NCBI GenBank assembly: GCA_043800555.1
Contig: JAZDMX010000014.1
Location: 15,001-79,000, forward strand
Direction: 5' to 3'
Source: Candidatus Omnitrophota bacterium
Lineage (GTDB): Bacteria > Omnitrophota > Gorgyraeia > Gygaellales > Profunditerraquicolaceae
Length of the DNA stretch: 64,000 nt
Made by a program: the position numbers and the translations under genes. Below, one piece after another: positions 36,803 to 45,723 of the stretch (position 1 is its first letter; each line of letters begins with the position of its first letter). The notes below the pieces were generated by a model. The model was not told the DNA's origin. It was given only the letters and a program-made list of their open reading frames with translations, and made no database searches.

Positions 36803-37504
36803 ATGAAAATAAGCGCAGTTGGTTTACCGGAATTAAACCCCGGAAAGCATAATGTCAAGGATTCTCGTTTGGACCAGGTGGATAGCATAACTTGCGCCAA
36901 GAAAAAAACCTATATTCAAGTTGAGCTTGTTTCAGAGGAAGGGGTAATTGACGCAAACGCGGTCATTACCGCCAAAGATTCGGCCGCCGACCTTATTCTT
37001 AAAGACCTTGAATTTGTGGAAACGCGCCTTTCGCGTTCGGCGGATGAGGCTGAAAAGGCTTTATTTAATAAGCTAAAAGCGGCCCTGGAAAAAGAAGAGT
37101 TCCTGTTTAATGCGGGGCTTACGGAAACAGAGAAGAAAGAGCTGGTTAAATATGGCTTACTTACCGCAAAGCCGGTTATTATCGCGGAGGCAAAAGACCT
37201 GGAAGACAAAAACGCCCTCCTGCTTAAAGCTTTAAGAGAAAGCGGTTTTATCAGTTTTTTCACTACCGGAGAGAAAGATACCCGGGCCTGGCTCATAAGA
37301 AATGGCGCTAATGCCTGGGAAGCCTCGGGAGCGATACATTCGGATATCCAACAGGGGTTTATCCGGGCAGAGATTATCTCTTTCAGGGATTTTATGGAGT
37401 GCGGCGGAGAGAATAAAGCCAAGCAGGCGGGTAAGATGCGCCTGGAGCCCAAAGAATATATAATGCAAGACTGCGATTTAGCGAACTTCAGGTTTAATAA
37501 ATAA
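36803..37504 (+). CDS. YchF-derived protein (DUF933/TGS domain) lacking NTPase motifs
   Basis: D.RL, LIL.DL..VE.RL, LLTAKP, FFTTG..TRAW, A.EASGAIHSDIQQGFIRAE, GKMRLE.KEYIMQD.D..FRFN; no GKS or DIAG. Confidence 0.85.
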   Translation: MKISAVGLPELNPGKHNVKDSRLDQVDSITCAKKKTYIQVELVSEEGVIDANAVITAKDSAADLILKDLEFVETRLSRSADEAEKALFNKLKAALEKEEFLFNAGLTETEKKELVKYGLLTAKPVIIAEAKDLEDKNALLLKALRESGFISFFTTGEKDTRAWLIRNGANAWEASGAIHSDIQQGFIRAEIISFRDFMECGGENKAKQAGKMRLEPKEYIMQDCDLANFRFNK

Positions 37505-37523
37505 CAAATAGGGAGAGGCGATA

Positions 37524-39083
37524 ATGGTTAAGATCAGGCGGGCGCTCATCAGCGTATCGGATAAAACAGGCATATTAGATTTGGCCAAAGAGTTGCATAG
37601 GTCCGGGGCAGAAATTCTTTCTACCGGAGGGACGGCAAAGTTGTTCCGCGAAAACAACATACCGGTTAAAGAAGTTTCAGAATATACCGGTTTTCCCGAA
37701 ATGCTCGATGGCCGGGTTAAAACCCTGCATCCTAAAATCCACGGGGGCCTGCTTGCCTTAAGAGATAACCCCGGGCATCTGCAAACAATCCAAGAGCATG
37801 GCATTGGCTTAATCGATATGGTTGTAGTGAATCTTTATCCATTTGAAAAGACGGCGCTTAAGCCCGGTGTTTCTATCGAAGAGGCGGTTGAAAATATCGA
37901 TATCGGAGGCCCGTCGATGTTGCGCTCTGCCGCCAAAAATTACCGGTCAGTAGCGGTTATCTGCAACCCCGGGCGTTATCCGCAGGTCGTCGAAGCGTTA
38001 AGAAAGAATAACGGCGCTTTGCCGGGCAGCTTAATGCGCGATTTAGGGGCCGAGGCATTCAGCCGGACATCCAAATACGACGCAGCGATATTTGAATATT
38101 TGGACAAAATGAATAATCGCGCTTGCGGTCAGGCCGCCGCCTTTCCTAGCGACCTAACGCTGTCTTTTGAGAAAATCCAGGAGTTACGCTACGGAGAAAA
38201 TCCGCACCAGAAAGCGGCTTTTTACAAAGAAAACGGCAAGACAAACGGGTTAATCAATCTCAAGCAATTGCAGGGAAAGGAGCTTTCATTTAATAATATC
38301 CTGGATTTAAATTCTGCTTTTGAATCGGTCAGGGAATTCTCGGGCCCTGCCGCGGTAATCGTTAAGCACAATAATCCTTGTGGGGTAGCCCAAGACAAAA
38401 CCCTTGCAAAAGCTTTCTTAGCCGCTTGGACGTGCGATAAGCTTTCGGCGTTTGGCGGGATAGTGGCCTTAAACAGAAAAATGGATCTCAAAACCGCTAA
38501 GGCAATTGCCAAAAGCGGTTTTCTGGAGTGTATTATTGCCCCGGGTTTTGACAGGCAGGCATTGGCGTTATTTAAGGAAAGAAAGAATTTGCGCGTCCTG
38601 GAATCTGGCGGTATCGAGCTCGTAAACGAGCCGGATTTTAAGCGGGTTAGCGGCGGGTTGTTGTTGCAGGATAAGGATTTGGCTACGCTGGATTTAAATA
38701 ACCTTAAGATAGTTACCAAAAGAAAACCGACAAAACAGGAGATGCAAAGTTTAATTTTTGGCTGGAAAGTAGCTAAGCACGTAAAGTCAAACGCTATTGT
38801 TTTAACCCGGGGGACCAGGACTGTCGGCATAGGTGCAGGCCAAATGTCGCGGGTCGATTCGGTAATGATTGCCAAGAAGAAAGCCGGTAAATTAAGCGTT
38901 AATTCCTGCCTGGCTTCCGACGCCTTCTTCCCCAAACCGGACGCTATTCTCCGGGCGCATAAAGCCGGGTGCCGGGCAATAATCCAGCCCGGAGGCTCGA
39001 TTGCCGACGCAGAAATAATCAGGGCTTGCGATAAATATAAGATTGCCATGGTTACTTGCGGCATCCGTCATTTCAGGCACTGA
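37524..39083 (+). CDS. purH: Bifunctional AICAR transformylase/IMP cyclohydrolase
   Basis: RALISVSDK, STGGT, GRVKTLHP, LRYGENPHQ, KHNNPCG, ASDAFFP, RHFRH. Confidence 0.98.
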   Translation: MVKIRRALISVSDKTGILDLAKELHRSGAEILSTGGTAKLFRENNIPVKEVSEYTGFPEMLDGRVKTLHPKIHGGLLALRDNPGHLQTIQEHGIGLIDMVVVNLYPFEKTALKPGVSIEEAVENIDIGGPSMLRSAAKNYRSVAVICNPGRYPQVVEALRKNNGALPGSLMRDLGAEAFSRTSKYDAAIFEYLDKMNNRACGQAAAFPSDLTLSFEKIQELRYGENPHQKAAFYKENGKTNGLINLKQLQGKELSFNNILDLNSAFESVREFSGPAAVIVKHNNPCGVAQDKTLAKAFLAAWTCDKLSAFGGIVALNRKMDLKTAKAIAKSGFLECIIAPGFDRQALALFKERKNLRVLESGGIELVNEPDFKRVSGGLLLQDKDLATLDLNNLKIVTKRKPTKQEMQSLIFGWKVAKHVKSNAIVLTRGTRTVGIGAGQMSRVDSVMIAKKKAGKLSVNSCLASDAFFPKPDAILRAHKAGCRAIIQPGGSIADAEIIRACDKYKIAMVTCGIRHFRH

Positions 39084-39087
39084 TGCA

Positions 39088-40512
39088 ATGTCCTACCTTA
39101 AAGCGCTTGGATACGCGGAGTCTTTTACCAATTACGAAAAGCATTCCAGGTATTCGTATAAAGAAGCGCTGGGCCTGGAGCGTATCCGATCCTTCCTGGA
39201 TTTAATCCATAATCCGCAAGCGGGCTTAAAGTCTATCCATATAGCCGGGACAAAAGGCAAGGGCTCAAGTTCTGCCTTTATTGCCTATATGCTAAGAGAG
39301 GCGGGATTTAAGTCCGGGCTTTATACCTCTCCGCACTTGTCGGACTTTAGGGAACGGATTAGGATTCTGAAGCCGCATCCGGCATCCGGCATCCGGCATC
39401 CGGAATTCGAGGGGATGATCCCCAAGCGCGCATTCGCCGCTTTGGTTTCCAGGTTAAAACCCGCAATAGAGAAACATAATCGTATTTCAAGATATGGGCC
39501 GCTTACTTTCTTCGAAGTGTGCACGGCAATAGCCTTTTGTTATTTCAAAGAAGAAAATGTGGACTTCGCCGTTTTAGAAACCGGATTAGGCGGGAGGCTG
39601 GATGCGACGAATGTGGTTAATCCGCTTGTCAGCGTAATAACGCCCATAAGCTGTGAGCATATGGATAAGCTGGGGCATACTTTAAGTAAGATAGCTGCGG
39701 AGAAAGCCGGTATTATTAAGGGTTGCCGGCCAAGGGTTGAGGGTTACGGCGGCGGGGCAACGTTATCCGCATCCCGTTATTTGCATCCGGTTATTTGCGT
39801 CCCGCCAGTAGTCAGCGCGCCGCAAAAAGAAGAGGCGTTGGCTGTTATCAGAAATAAGTGTAAGAAAGAGAGGGCAAAATTATCGGTAGTAGGGAAAGAC
39901 ATAAAATATAGCGGGAGAGAAGGTAGCTTCAGGGTCAGTAGCTCTTACGGAGAATATCAGGGTTTAAAGATAAGATTGATTGGGGCCCATCAGCTGGCCA
40001 ATGCCGTTACCGCGTTAACCGCAATCGAATCTCTGCGGGCATATGGCATTAAACTCGGTATTGATTCTATAAGGCGGGGGCTTTATAATACCCTGTGGCC
40101 GGGTAGATGCGAGGTCGCTAGCAGAAAGCCGTTTATTGTCTTAGATGGCGCGCACAATCCTGCCTCCGCAAGCGCTTTAAAGAAAACGATCCGGGAAAAA
40201 TTCCGTTACCGGAGGCTTATTCTCGTATTGGGCGTATCTAATGATAAAGACATTAAGGCTATAGCGCTCCAGCTTTATGATTTGGCCGATACGGTCATAT
40301 TGACCAAAGCGAAGAGCCCGCGCGCAGCCAGCCCTTACGCGCTGAAGAAATATTTTAAAAGTAAACCGGTGCAGGTTACAGATAGCGTAGAGCAGGCAAG
40401 AGATTTGGCCTTAAGCATTTCCAGCGGGGAAGACTTGGTTTTAGTTACCGGCTCCTTGTTGGTGGTGGGCGAAGCGCGGGATAATTTAAAAAGATGGTCA
40501 ACCACGATTTAA
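39088..40512 (+). CDS. folC: Folylpolyglutamate/dihydrofolate synthase with repeat-derived insertions
   Basis: IHIAGTKGKGS, YTSPHL..FRERI, ETGLGGRLDATN, EKAGIIK, WPGR, LDGAHNP; ATG 39088. Confidence 0.96.
   Translation: MSYLKALGYAESFTNYEKHSRYSYKEALGLERIRSFLDLIHNPQAGLKSIHIAGTKGKGSSSAFIAYMLREAGFKSGLYTSPHLSDFRERIRILKPHPASGIRHPEFEGMIPKRAFAALVSRLKPAIEKHNRISRYGPLTFFEVCTAIAFCYFKEENVDFAVLETGLGGRLDATNVVNPLVSVITPISCEHMDKLGHTLSKIAAEKAGIIKGCRPRVEGYGGGATLSASRYLHPVICVPPVVSAPQKEEALAVIRNKCKKERAKLSVVGKDIKYSGREGSFRVSSSYGEYQGLKIRLIGAHQLANAVTALTAIESLRAYGIKLGIDSIRRGLYNTLWPGRCEVASRKPFIVLDGAHNPASASALKKTIREKFRYRRLILVLGVSNDKDIKAIALQLYDLADTVILTKAKSPRAASPYALKKYFKSKPVQVTDSVEQARDLALSISSGEDLVLVTGSLLVVGEARDNLKRWSTTI
39375..39409 (+). 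repeat. Heptamer tandem repeat (GCATCCG)x4 plus one degenerate copy inside folC
   Basis: gcatccg gcatccg gcatccg gcatccg gaattcg. Confidence 0.9.
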
Positions 40513-41912
40513 GCGATACGATAGCGGCTATTTCAACTCCGGTGGGACAAGGGGGTATAGGGATAGTGCGTTTAAGCGGGAGAGAGTCGCTCAATATCTG
40601 CGACAAGATATTTGTTTCCCCTTCCGGGAAGAAGCCCTCGGCGTTTAAAACATATACTACGCATTACGGTTGGATTGTGAATAAATCAGCTGGCGAGCGG
40701 GCTAGAAGTTCCTCTCCTCCGGCAAAGATTATCGACGAGGTGATCCTTACTGTTATGCGTTCTCCCGGATCCTACACCAGGGAGGATATTGCCGAGATAA
40801 ATTGCCATGGCGGTATAGTGGCTTTACGCGATACGCTTAACCTGGTTTTAGACAATGGGGCGCGCCTGGCTAACCCGGGGGAATTCACCAAGCGCGCGTT
40901 CCTGAACGGAAGGATAGACCTGACCCAAGCCGAAGCAGTTTTGGATATCATCCGCGCCAAGACAGATTCGGCTTTAAAAATGGGGATCAAACAGCTTAAA
41001 GGCGGATTATCCGGGCAGATAAACAAACAGAGGGAATCTTTATTGAGCGTTCTTGCCGAATTGGAAGCCGGCATTGATTTTCCGGAAGAAGAAACCCCCG
41101 CCCCCGGGCAAAAATCAATCTCCGGGAGAATCGAAGAAATAAGCAAGGGGCTGGAAAAGTTGATCAAGGGTTCGAGACTCTCCAGAATATTGCGCGAGGG
41201 TATACATGTGGTCATCTGCGGCAAGCCTAATTCCGGAAAATCATCGTTATTAAACGCGCTCCTAGAGGAAGAGCGCTCCATCGTGACTCCTGTTGCCGGG
41301 ACTACCCGCGACGCCATAGAAGAGGTAATCGACATTCGGGGGATACCGGTCAAAATCGTTGATACTGCCGGTATTTTGAAGCCGCGGGATTTGGTGGAGA
41401 GAAAGGCAGTAAAGCGTTCCAAAGAGCGCATTGCTTCGGCGGATTTAGCGATAATTTTGTTCGATGGAAGCAGGAAGCTGTCAAAAGAAGACTTGTTTAT
41501 AATCAATAAATTAAAGAAAAAGAAGGCGATTGCCCTGGTAAACAAAATCGATCTTAAGCAAAAGATCGAGCGGGATAAGCTATCGACTTTCTTCAAAGAT
41601 TTCCTGGAGATATCGGCGAAAAAGGGAAAAAACATATCCCTGATTGAGGATGCAATCGCGGATTTTGTGTACGGCGGTAATATCGCCGGATCCGAATCCA
41701 TTATGGCGGCGAATTTGCGGTGCGTTAAAATTATCCAAAAGGCAAAGATTGCTATTGCGCATGCGCAAAGTTCATTAGATAATAACCTATCCCCTGAATT
41801 CATCGCGCAAGGGCTCAAGGAAGCGTTATGGTTTTTAGATGAAATATTAGGCAAGAGGTTTTCCGAGGATATGCTGGATAAGATATTTTCGGAATTCTGC
41901 ATAGGTAAATAA
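40494..41912 (+). CDS. mnmE: tRNA modification GTPase MnmE
   Basis: DTIAAISTP.G.GGIGIVRLSG, SYT.ED, GKPNSGKSS, GTTRD, DTAG, NKID, FCIGK. Confidence 0.98.
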   Translation: MVNHDLSDTIAAISTPVGQGGIGIVRLSGRESLNICDKIFVSPSGKKPSAFKTYTTHYGWIVNKSAGERARSSSPPAKIIDEVILTVMRSPGSYTREDIAEINCHGGIVALRDTLNLVLDNGARLANPGEFTKRAFLNGRIDLTQAEAVLDIIRAKTDSALKMGIKQLKGGLSGQINKQRESLLSVLAELEAGIDFPEEETPAPGQKSISGRIEEISKGLEKLIKGSRLSRILREGIHVVICGKPNSGKSSLLNALLEEERSIVTPVAGTTRDAIEEVIDIRGIPVKIVDTAGILKPRDLVERKAVKRSKERIASADLAIILFDGSRKLSKEDLFIINKLKKKKAIALVNKIDLKQKIERDKLSTFFKDFLEISAKKGKNISLIEDAIADFVYGGNIAGSESIMAANLRCVKIIQKAKIAIAHAQSSLDNNLSPEFIAQGLKEALWFLDEILGKRFSEDMLDKIFSEFCIGK

Positions 41913-41975
41913 GGCCGTTTTCGGAGCTTTGCGGCGGCAAGAACGGAATTTACCCTGCCGAATACAAGGAGAACC

Positions 41976-42533
41976 ATGAATAAGAAAAAGATTGAAAAGG
42001 CGGTTCGCGACATATTGGAAGCGATCGGGGAGGACCCGAAGAAAAAGGACCTTCTGGAAACCCCCAAACGCGTGGCTGAAATGTATGAAGAGATTTTTGC
42101 CGGGATCAAGCTTGACCCCGAGGAAGAGCTGGAGGTGGTCCTTGACCAGAAGCACCATGAGATTATACTGCTTAAAGATATCCCCCTATATTCAATATGC
42201 GAGCATCACCTTTTGCCTTTTATCGGCAAAGCCAGCATAGCTTATATACCGAGAAATGGCCGGGTAACAGGATTAAGCAAGCTAGCCCGGGTAGTTGATG
42301 TTTTGGCGCGCAGGCCGCAGGTGCAGGAACGCCTGACTACGCAGGTCGCCGAGATTATTATGTCTAAATTAAAGCCTTTGGGGGTAATGGTGGTCCTTGA
42401 GGCAGAGCATCTGTGTATGTCTATGCGCGGCGTAAAAAAACCCGGGACATTGACGGTTACTTCGGCTGTGCGCGGCATATTCAAAGAGAACGAGAAAACC
42501 CGCTCAGAGGCGCTGGCATTGATCAAATCTTGA
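41976..42533 (+). CDS. folE: GTP cyclohydrolase I
   Basis: [36 protein letters not shown]. Confidence 0.98.
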   Translation: MNKKKIEKAVRDILEAIGEDPKKKDLLETPKRVAEMYEEIFAGIKLDPEEELEVVLDQKHHEIILLKDIPLYSICEHHLLPFIGKASIAYIPRNGRVTGLSKLARVVDVLARRPQVQERLTTQVAEIIMSKLKPLGVMVVLEAEHLCMSMRGVKKPGTLTVTSAVRGIFKENEKTRSEALALIKS

Positions 42534-42613
42534 TTTTAGCTTGCGGTTTGAGCCGCGAGATTTCAAGAAACGGGGTTGCCTGCGGCGTTTGGCAATAAAA
42601 AAAGAGGGCTTTT

Positions 42614-42967
42614 ATGAAGCATGTAAACCAGGGTAAATCGAGCTTTGGGGTGGAGGCAAACATCGCCGCGCTCTTGAGCTATCTTTTTGGTTTTATTTCG
42701 GGCGTTATTTTCTATACCCTGGAGAAAAGAAACAAATTTGTGCGCTTTCACGCTATGCAGTCAATTATAACGTTCGGGTCTTTATTTGTTTTTGGCGCCA
42801 TAGCAAAATTCCTGCCATTCATAGGGTCTATTATTATTACTTGCCTGGGAGTAATCGAAATAGCCCTCTGGGTAATCCTTATGATTAAGGCCTATCAAGG
42901 TAAATATTTCAAGCTGCCGGTCGCCGGAGAGATCGCCTCTCGCCGTTGCCACGCCTGGAGCCATTAA
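42614..42967 (+). CDS. DUF4870-like small membrane protein
   Basis: NIAALLSY.FG.ISG, EK.NKFVRFHAMQS, MIKAYQG..FKLP..G. Confidence 0.85.
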   Translation: MKHVNQGKSSFGVEANIAALLSYLFGFISGVIFYTLEKRNKFVRFHAMQSIITFGSLFVFGAIAKFLPFIGSIIITCLGVIEIALWVILMIKAYQGKYFKLPVAGEIASRRCHAWSH

Positions 42968-43159
42968 TACAAGGCAAGCGTTGTCTATGGCGGCGAGTTT
43001 TAAGGCATCGGCCCTGCTTTCCTGACGATAGCCGCGCAAAGAAAACGCTTTCTAAAAAATCGAATATAGCCTTGAAACCGGTTTTAAACATAGGCATACT
43101 ATGTATGCACAGTGTTAAAGGCTTTAATTCTGTTTATAATATCCGCGGAGGGATAGCCA

Positions 43160-43501
43160 ATGCCTGATAACTGTCCTGAAGACAAAAGAAAGTCGGTTAG
43201 GTTCCTCATTACTATCCCGCTAAAATACGAAAAACTGGATGTCGAATGCCTTGATTCAAAATACACCCATGATATCAGTTCTCATGGCGTAGGCGTAATC
43301 AGCGCCGAGAAGTTGCCGTTAAACACGCCTATAATCTTATGCCTTAAAATCCCCGATAACGACGAAGAAATAATACTTGAAGCCGAAGCTGTCTGGTCAA
43401 CGCAGGTAGCAGATTCCATGTACAGGTCAGGCCTCAAGCTTAAGAACCCCCCGATTAAGCCGATACCGCTGGTGCTAAGGACTATTTATTCACGGCTATA
43501 G
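43160..43501 (+). CDS. Single-domain PilZ protein
   Basis: DKRKSVR (RxxxR), DISSHG (DxSxxG); GGAGG RBS. Confidence 0.85.
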   Translation: MPDNCPEDKRKSVRFLITIPLKYEKLDVECLDSKYTHDISSHGVGVISAEKLPLNTPIILCLKIPDNDEEIILEAEAVWSTQVADSMYRSGLKLKNPPIKPIPLVLRTIYSRL

Positions 43502-43550
43502 GCTGCGTAATAATCTCCCGCCAGTTTTCAATATATGAGAAAATGAGGAC

Positions 43551-43621
43551 GAAAAAAAGGGGACGTTTCTACTTTTCCCGAGCTTGGCTGCCGGAAAAGT
43601 AGAAACGTCCCCCTTTTTTTC
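43551..43621. repeat. REP-like palindrome copy 1
   Basis: ggggacgtttctacttttcc - 14 nt - ggaaaagtagaaacgtcccc with A/T tails. Confidence 0.9.
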
Positions 43622-43641
43622 TCCGAAACGCATAATGTTAA

Positions 43642-43670
43642 TTGACATACTTCTCTCAAAGTAGTATCAT
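43642..43670 (+). promoter_or_regulatory. Sigma70-type promoter
   Basis: TTGACA-17 nt-TATCAT. Confidence 0.7.
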
Positions 43671-43784
43671 ATCTTCATTAAAAATAAACCCAAAAATCGC
43701 CCGCGAAGACGCCTGTTTGCTAAAACAGGAAAGCAGCTTGCGCGCGGCGCATAATCCAGATGGACAAGGATATTGACAGTAACA

Positions 43785-44843
43785 ATGATTAAAAAATGCG
43801 TATTTTTCATACCTTTAGCTATTCTGTTTCTTTCAGGATGCGCTACCTATAGTTTTAAAAAAGGCGAAGCGCCTTACAATAATGGTTTTGTAGCCGCCAG
43901 ATACGATAGGGTTATTCCCGAATATACCATTGGAAAGGACAATTCTGTCCCTGATGAGCAGGTTGCCCGCGAGCGTTTCCAGAGGCGGCGCTCGGAAGTA
44001 GAAAGCTATTACAAGAAAATGGGTTATATTGAAAATCGGTTCAAGCAGAGTTTTGTGGATCCTCCGGTTTTTATGATTCAGGCTTTCTTGGGCATATTCC
44101 GGCTGCCCTCTGTCGCTATAGACGACTATAAATATAACCATGACCCGCAGTATAAAAATAGCGTGGATAAAAAGGAAGACGCTGAATACAAGGCTGAAAA
44201 AGAGCGCCTCAAGGCTTTAAGGGAACAGCTAAACGTCTATATCCAGGAAGATTTGCAGAAAGAAGCTCTTTCTGTCCCGGCAGAGCAAAAAAGCGCGGCA
44301 GTATCTAAGGTTAAGGTGAAAATCAAACCTGCGCCCAAAACCAAAGAGCCGGTTCAAGAAAATGCTTTAACGAAAGCGCCTCAAGCGGCAAAAGAAGAGA
44401 GACCTGCGCCTGAAAAAGTTAAAGAGGCGGCCGCTCCTAGCGTTGTTCATCAGGAGCCGTTGCGGGAAAGCGCGGCAGCCAACGAAATTGTTTTGCCCGT
44501 AGTTGCCGTAAGCGGCAATCCCCAGGCAATAGCGCCGGCATTAATCAAGGATGATAAACCGTTAAAATCTCCTGTTGCAGTAATTATCGCCAAGCCGTTA
44601 ACGGGAAATTCCCCCTTACTTGTCCAATTCGACGGTTCAAAATCCTATTCATCCAGCTCCAGGATAGTTTCATATTTTTGGGATTTCGGCGACGGAGACA
44701 GCTCTACTAGGAGAAACCCCTCCAATACTTATTGGAGCACAACTTACGGAAAACCGCGTCAATACACCGCAAGGCTTACGGTAAAAGACAGTAAAGGAAA
44801 CACCGGAGATGCCAGCGTCATTATCGAAGTGCTTACCAGATAG
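43785..44843 (+). CDS. Lipoprotein with Pro/Ala/Lys-rich linker and C-terminal PKD domain
   Basis: Lipobox LSGC; PL.VQFDGS.S....IVSYFWDFGDG, LTVKD..G; start 43773 or 43785. Confidence 0.85.
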   Translation: MIKKCVFFIPLAILFLSGCATYSFKKGEAPYNNGFVAARYDRVIPEYTIGKDNSVPDEQVARERFQRRRSEVESYYKKMGYIENRFKQSFVDPPVFMIQAFLGIFRLPSVAIDDYKYNHDPQYKNSVDKKEDAEYKAEKERLKALREQLNVYIQEDLQKEALSVPAEQKSAAVSKVKVKIKPAPKTKEPVQENALTKAPQAAKEERPAPEKVKEAAAPSVVHQEPLRESAAANEIVLPVVAVSGNPQAIAPALIKDDKPLKSPVAVIIAKPLTGNSPLLVQFDGSKSYSSSSRIVSYFWDFGDGDSSTRRNPSNTYWSTTYGKPRQYTARLTVKDSKGNTGDASVIIEVLTR

Positions 44844-44866
44844 GTTATCTCATAGGGGCAGTCCTA

Positions 44867-45700
44867 TTGAAGGGATCCCAGGCCTTAAATAAACCCAAAG
44901 ACAAAATACCCGATTCAAAAATCCGCGTTTTCGTTTTTACTCTTTGTATTCTCGGTTTTCTACCGGTTATTGCTCAAGCCGAAATAGCAGATTCTTCCTG
45001 GCAGGTCAATAAATCCCAGCATTTCATAATTTATTACCGGGGCGCCCAGCCGTCTTTGGTTAACGATCTTGCCAGTAAAGCCGAGGCTTATTATAACGGC
45101 ATATTGGAGGAACTGGGTTACCGCAGGTTTGTTTTCTGGAATTGGGATAACCGCGCCAAGATTTATCTTTACGACGATGCGCAAGCATTCCAGAGAGATA
45201 CCGGGCATTCTTTATGGGCGGGAGCGATAGTTTCCGTGAATGGGCGCCGCATTAAAACTTATATCGGGCAAAGCGGGTTTCTTGATTCCATACTCCCTCA
45301 TGAAATGACCCATATAATCTTCCGCGAATTCATCGGGTTGAATACTCCGCTGCCTCTTTGGATTGACGAAGGGGTAGCTAGTTCCCAGGAAAAAAGTTAC
45401 CTTAATTCCCGGCTCCAAATTGCCCGGCAGCTTATCGCGCAGAATAAATATTATGATATCGGCGCGCTATCCGGATTAAGCCGGCCGGATGAAGATATAG
45501 CGCCCGATGTTTTTTATTCGGAAGCGGCGTCCTTGATTGTTTTTCTTATCCGCCAGAAAGGCAGGGATAGTTTTCTGGATTTCAGCCGGCTCCTGCGCGA
45601 CGGCGCGGACTGGAGAAAAGCCCTTTTAAGGGCATTCAACTTCTCCAGCTTTCAAGAGTTAGAGGCCGAATGGAAGGATTTTATGTTGAAGCAGGGATGA
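44867..45700 (+). CDS. Exported peptidase MA-like (gluzincin) protein
   Basis: SQHFIIYY, LPHEMTHII, PLWIDEGVA. Confidence 0.8.
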   Translation: MKGSQALNKPKDKIPDSKIRVFVFTLCILGFLPVIAQAEIADSSWQVNKSQHFIIYYRGAQPSLVNDLASKAEAYYNGILEELGYRRFVFWNWDNRAKIYLYDDAQAFQRDTGHSLWAGAIVSVNGRRIKTYIGQSGFLDSILPHEMTHIIFREFIGLNTPLPLWIDEGVASSQEKSYLNSRLQIARQLIAQNKYYDIGALSGLSRPDEDIAPDVFYSEAASLIVFLIRQKGRDSFLDFSRLLRDGADWRKALLRAFNFSSFQELEAEWKDFMLKQG

Positions 45701-45723
45701 GAGCAAAACGGCAAATTTTGTTT

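Noticed and set aside
40772-42109. 445 aa minus-strand ORF
   Set aside because: Antisense shadow of mnmE/folE; Ser/Ile/Phe-rich with no recognisable motifs.
42946-43167. 73 aa + strand ORF bridging DUF4870 and PilZ genes
   Set aside because: No motif or RBS, overlaps both neighbours, and spans what looks like promoter sequence (tataat near 43135).
43695-43750. Hairpin in the leader of the PKD lipoprotein gene as a c-di-GMP riboswitch
   Set aside because: Lacks the GGCAAAC/GNRA-receptor features of class I and the pseudoknot of class II.
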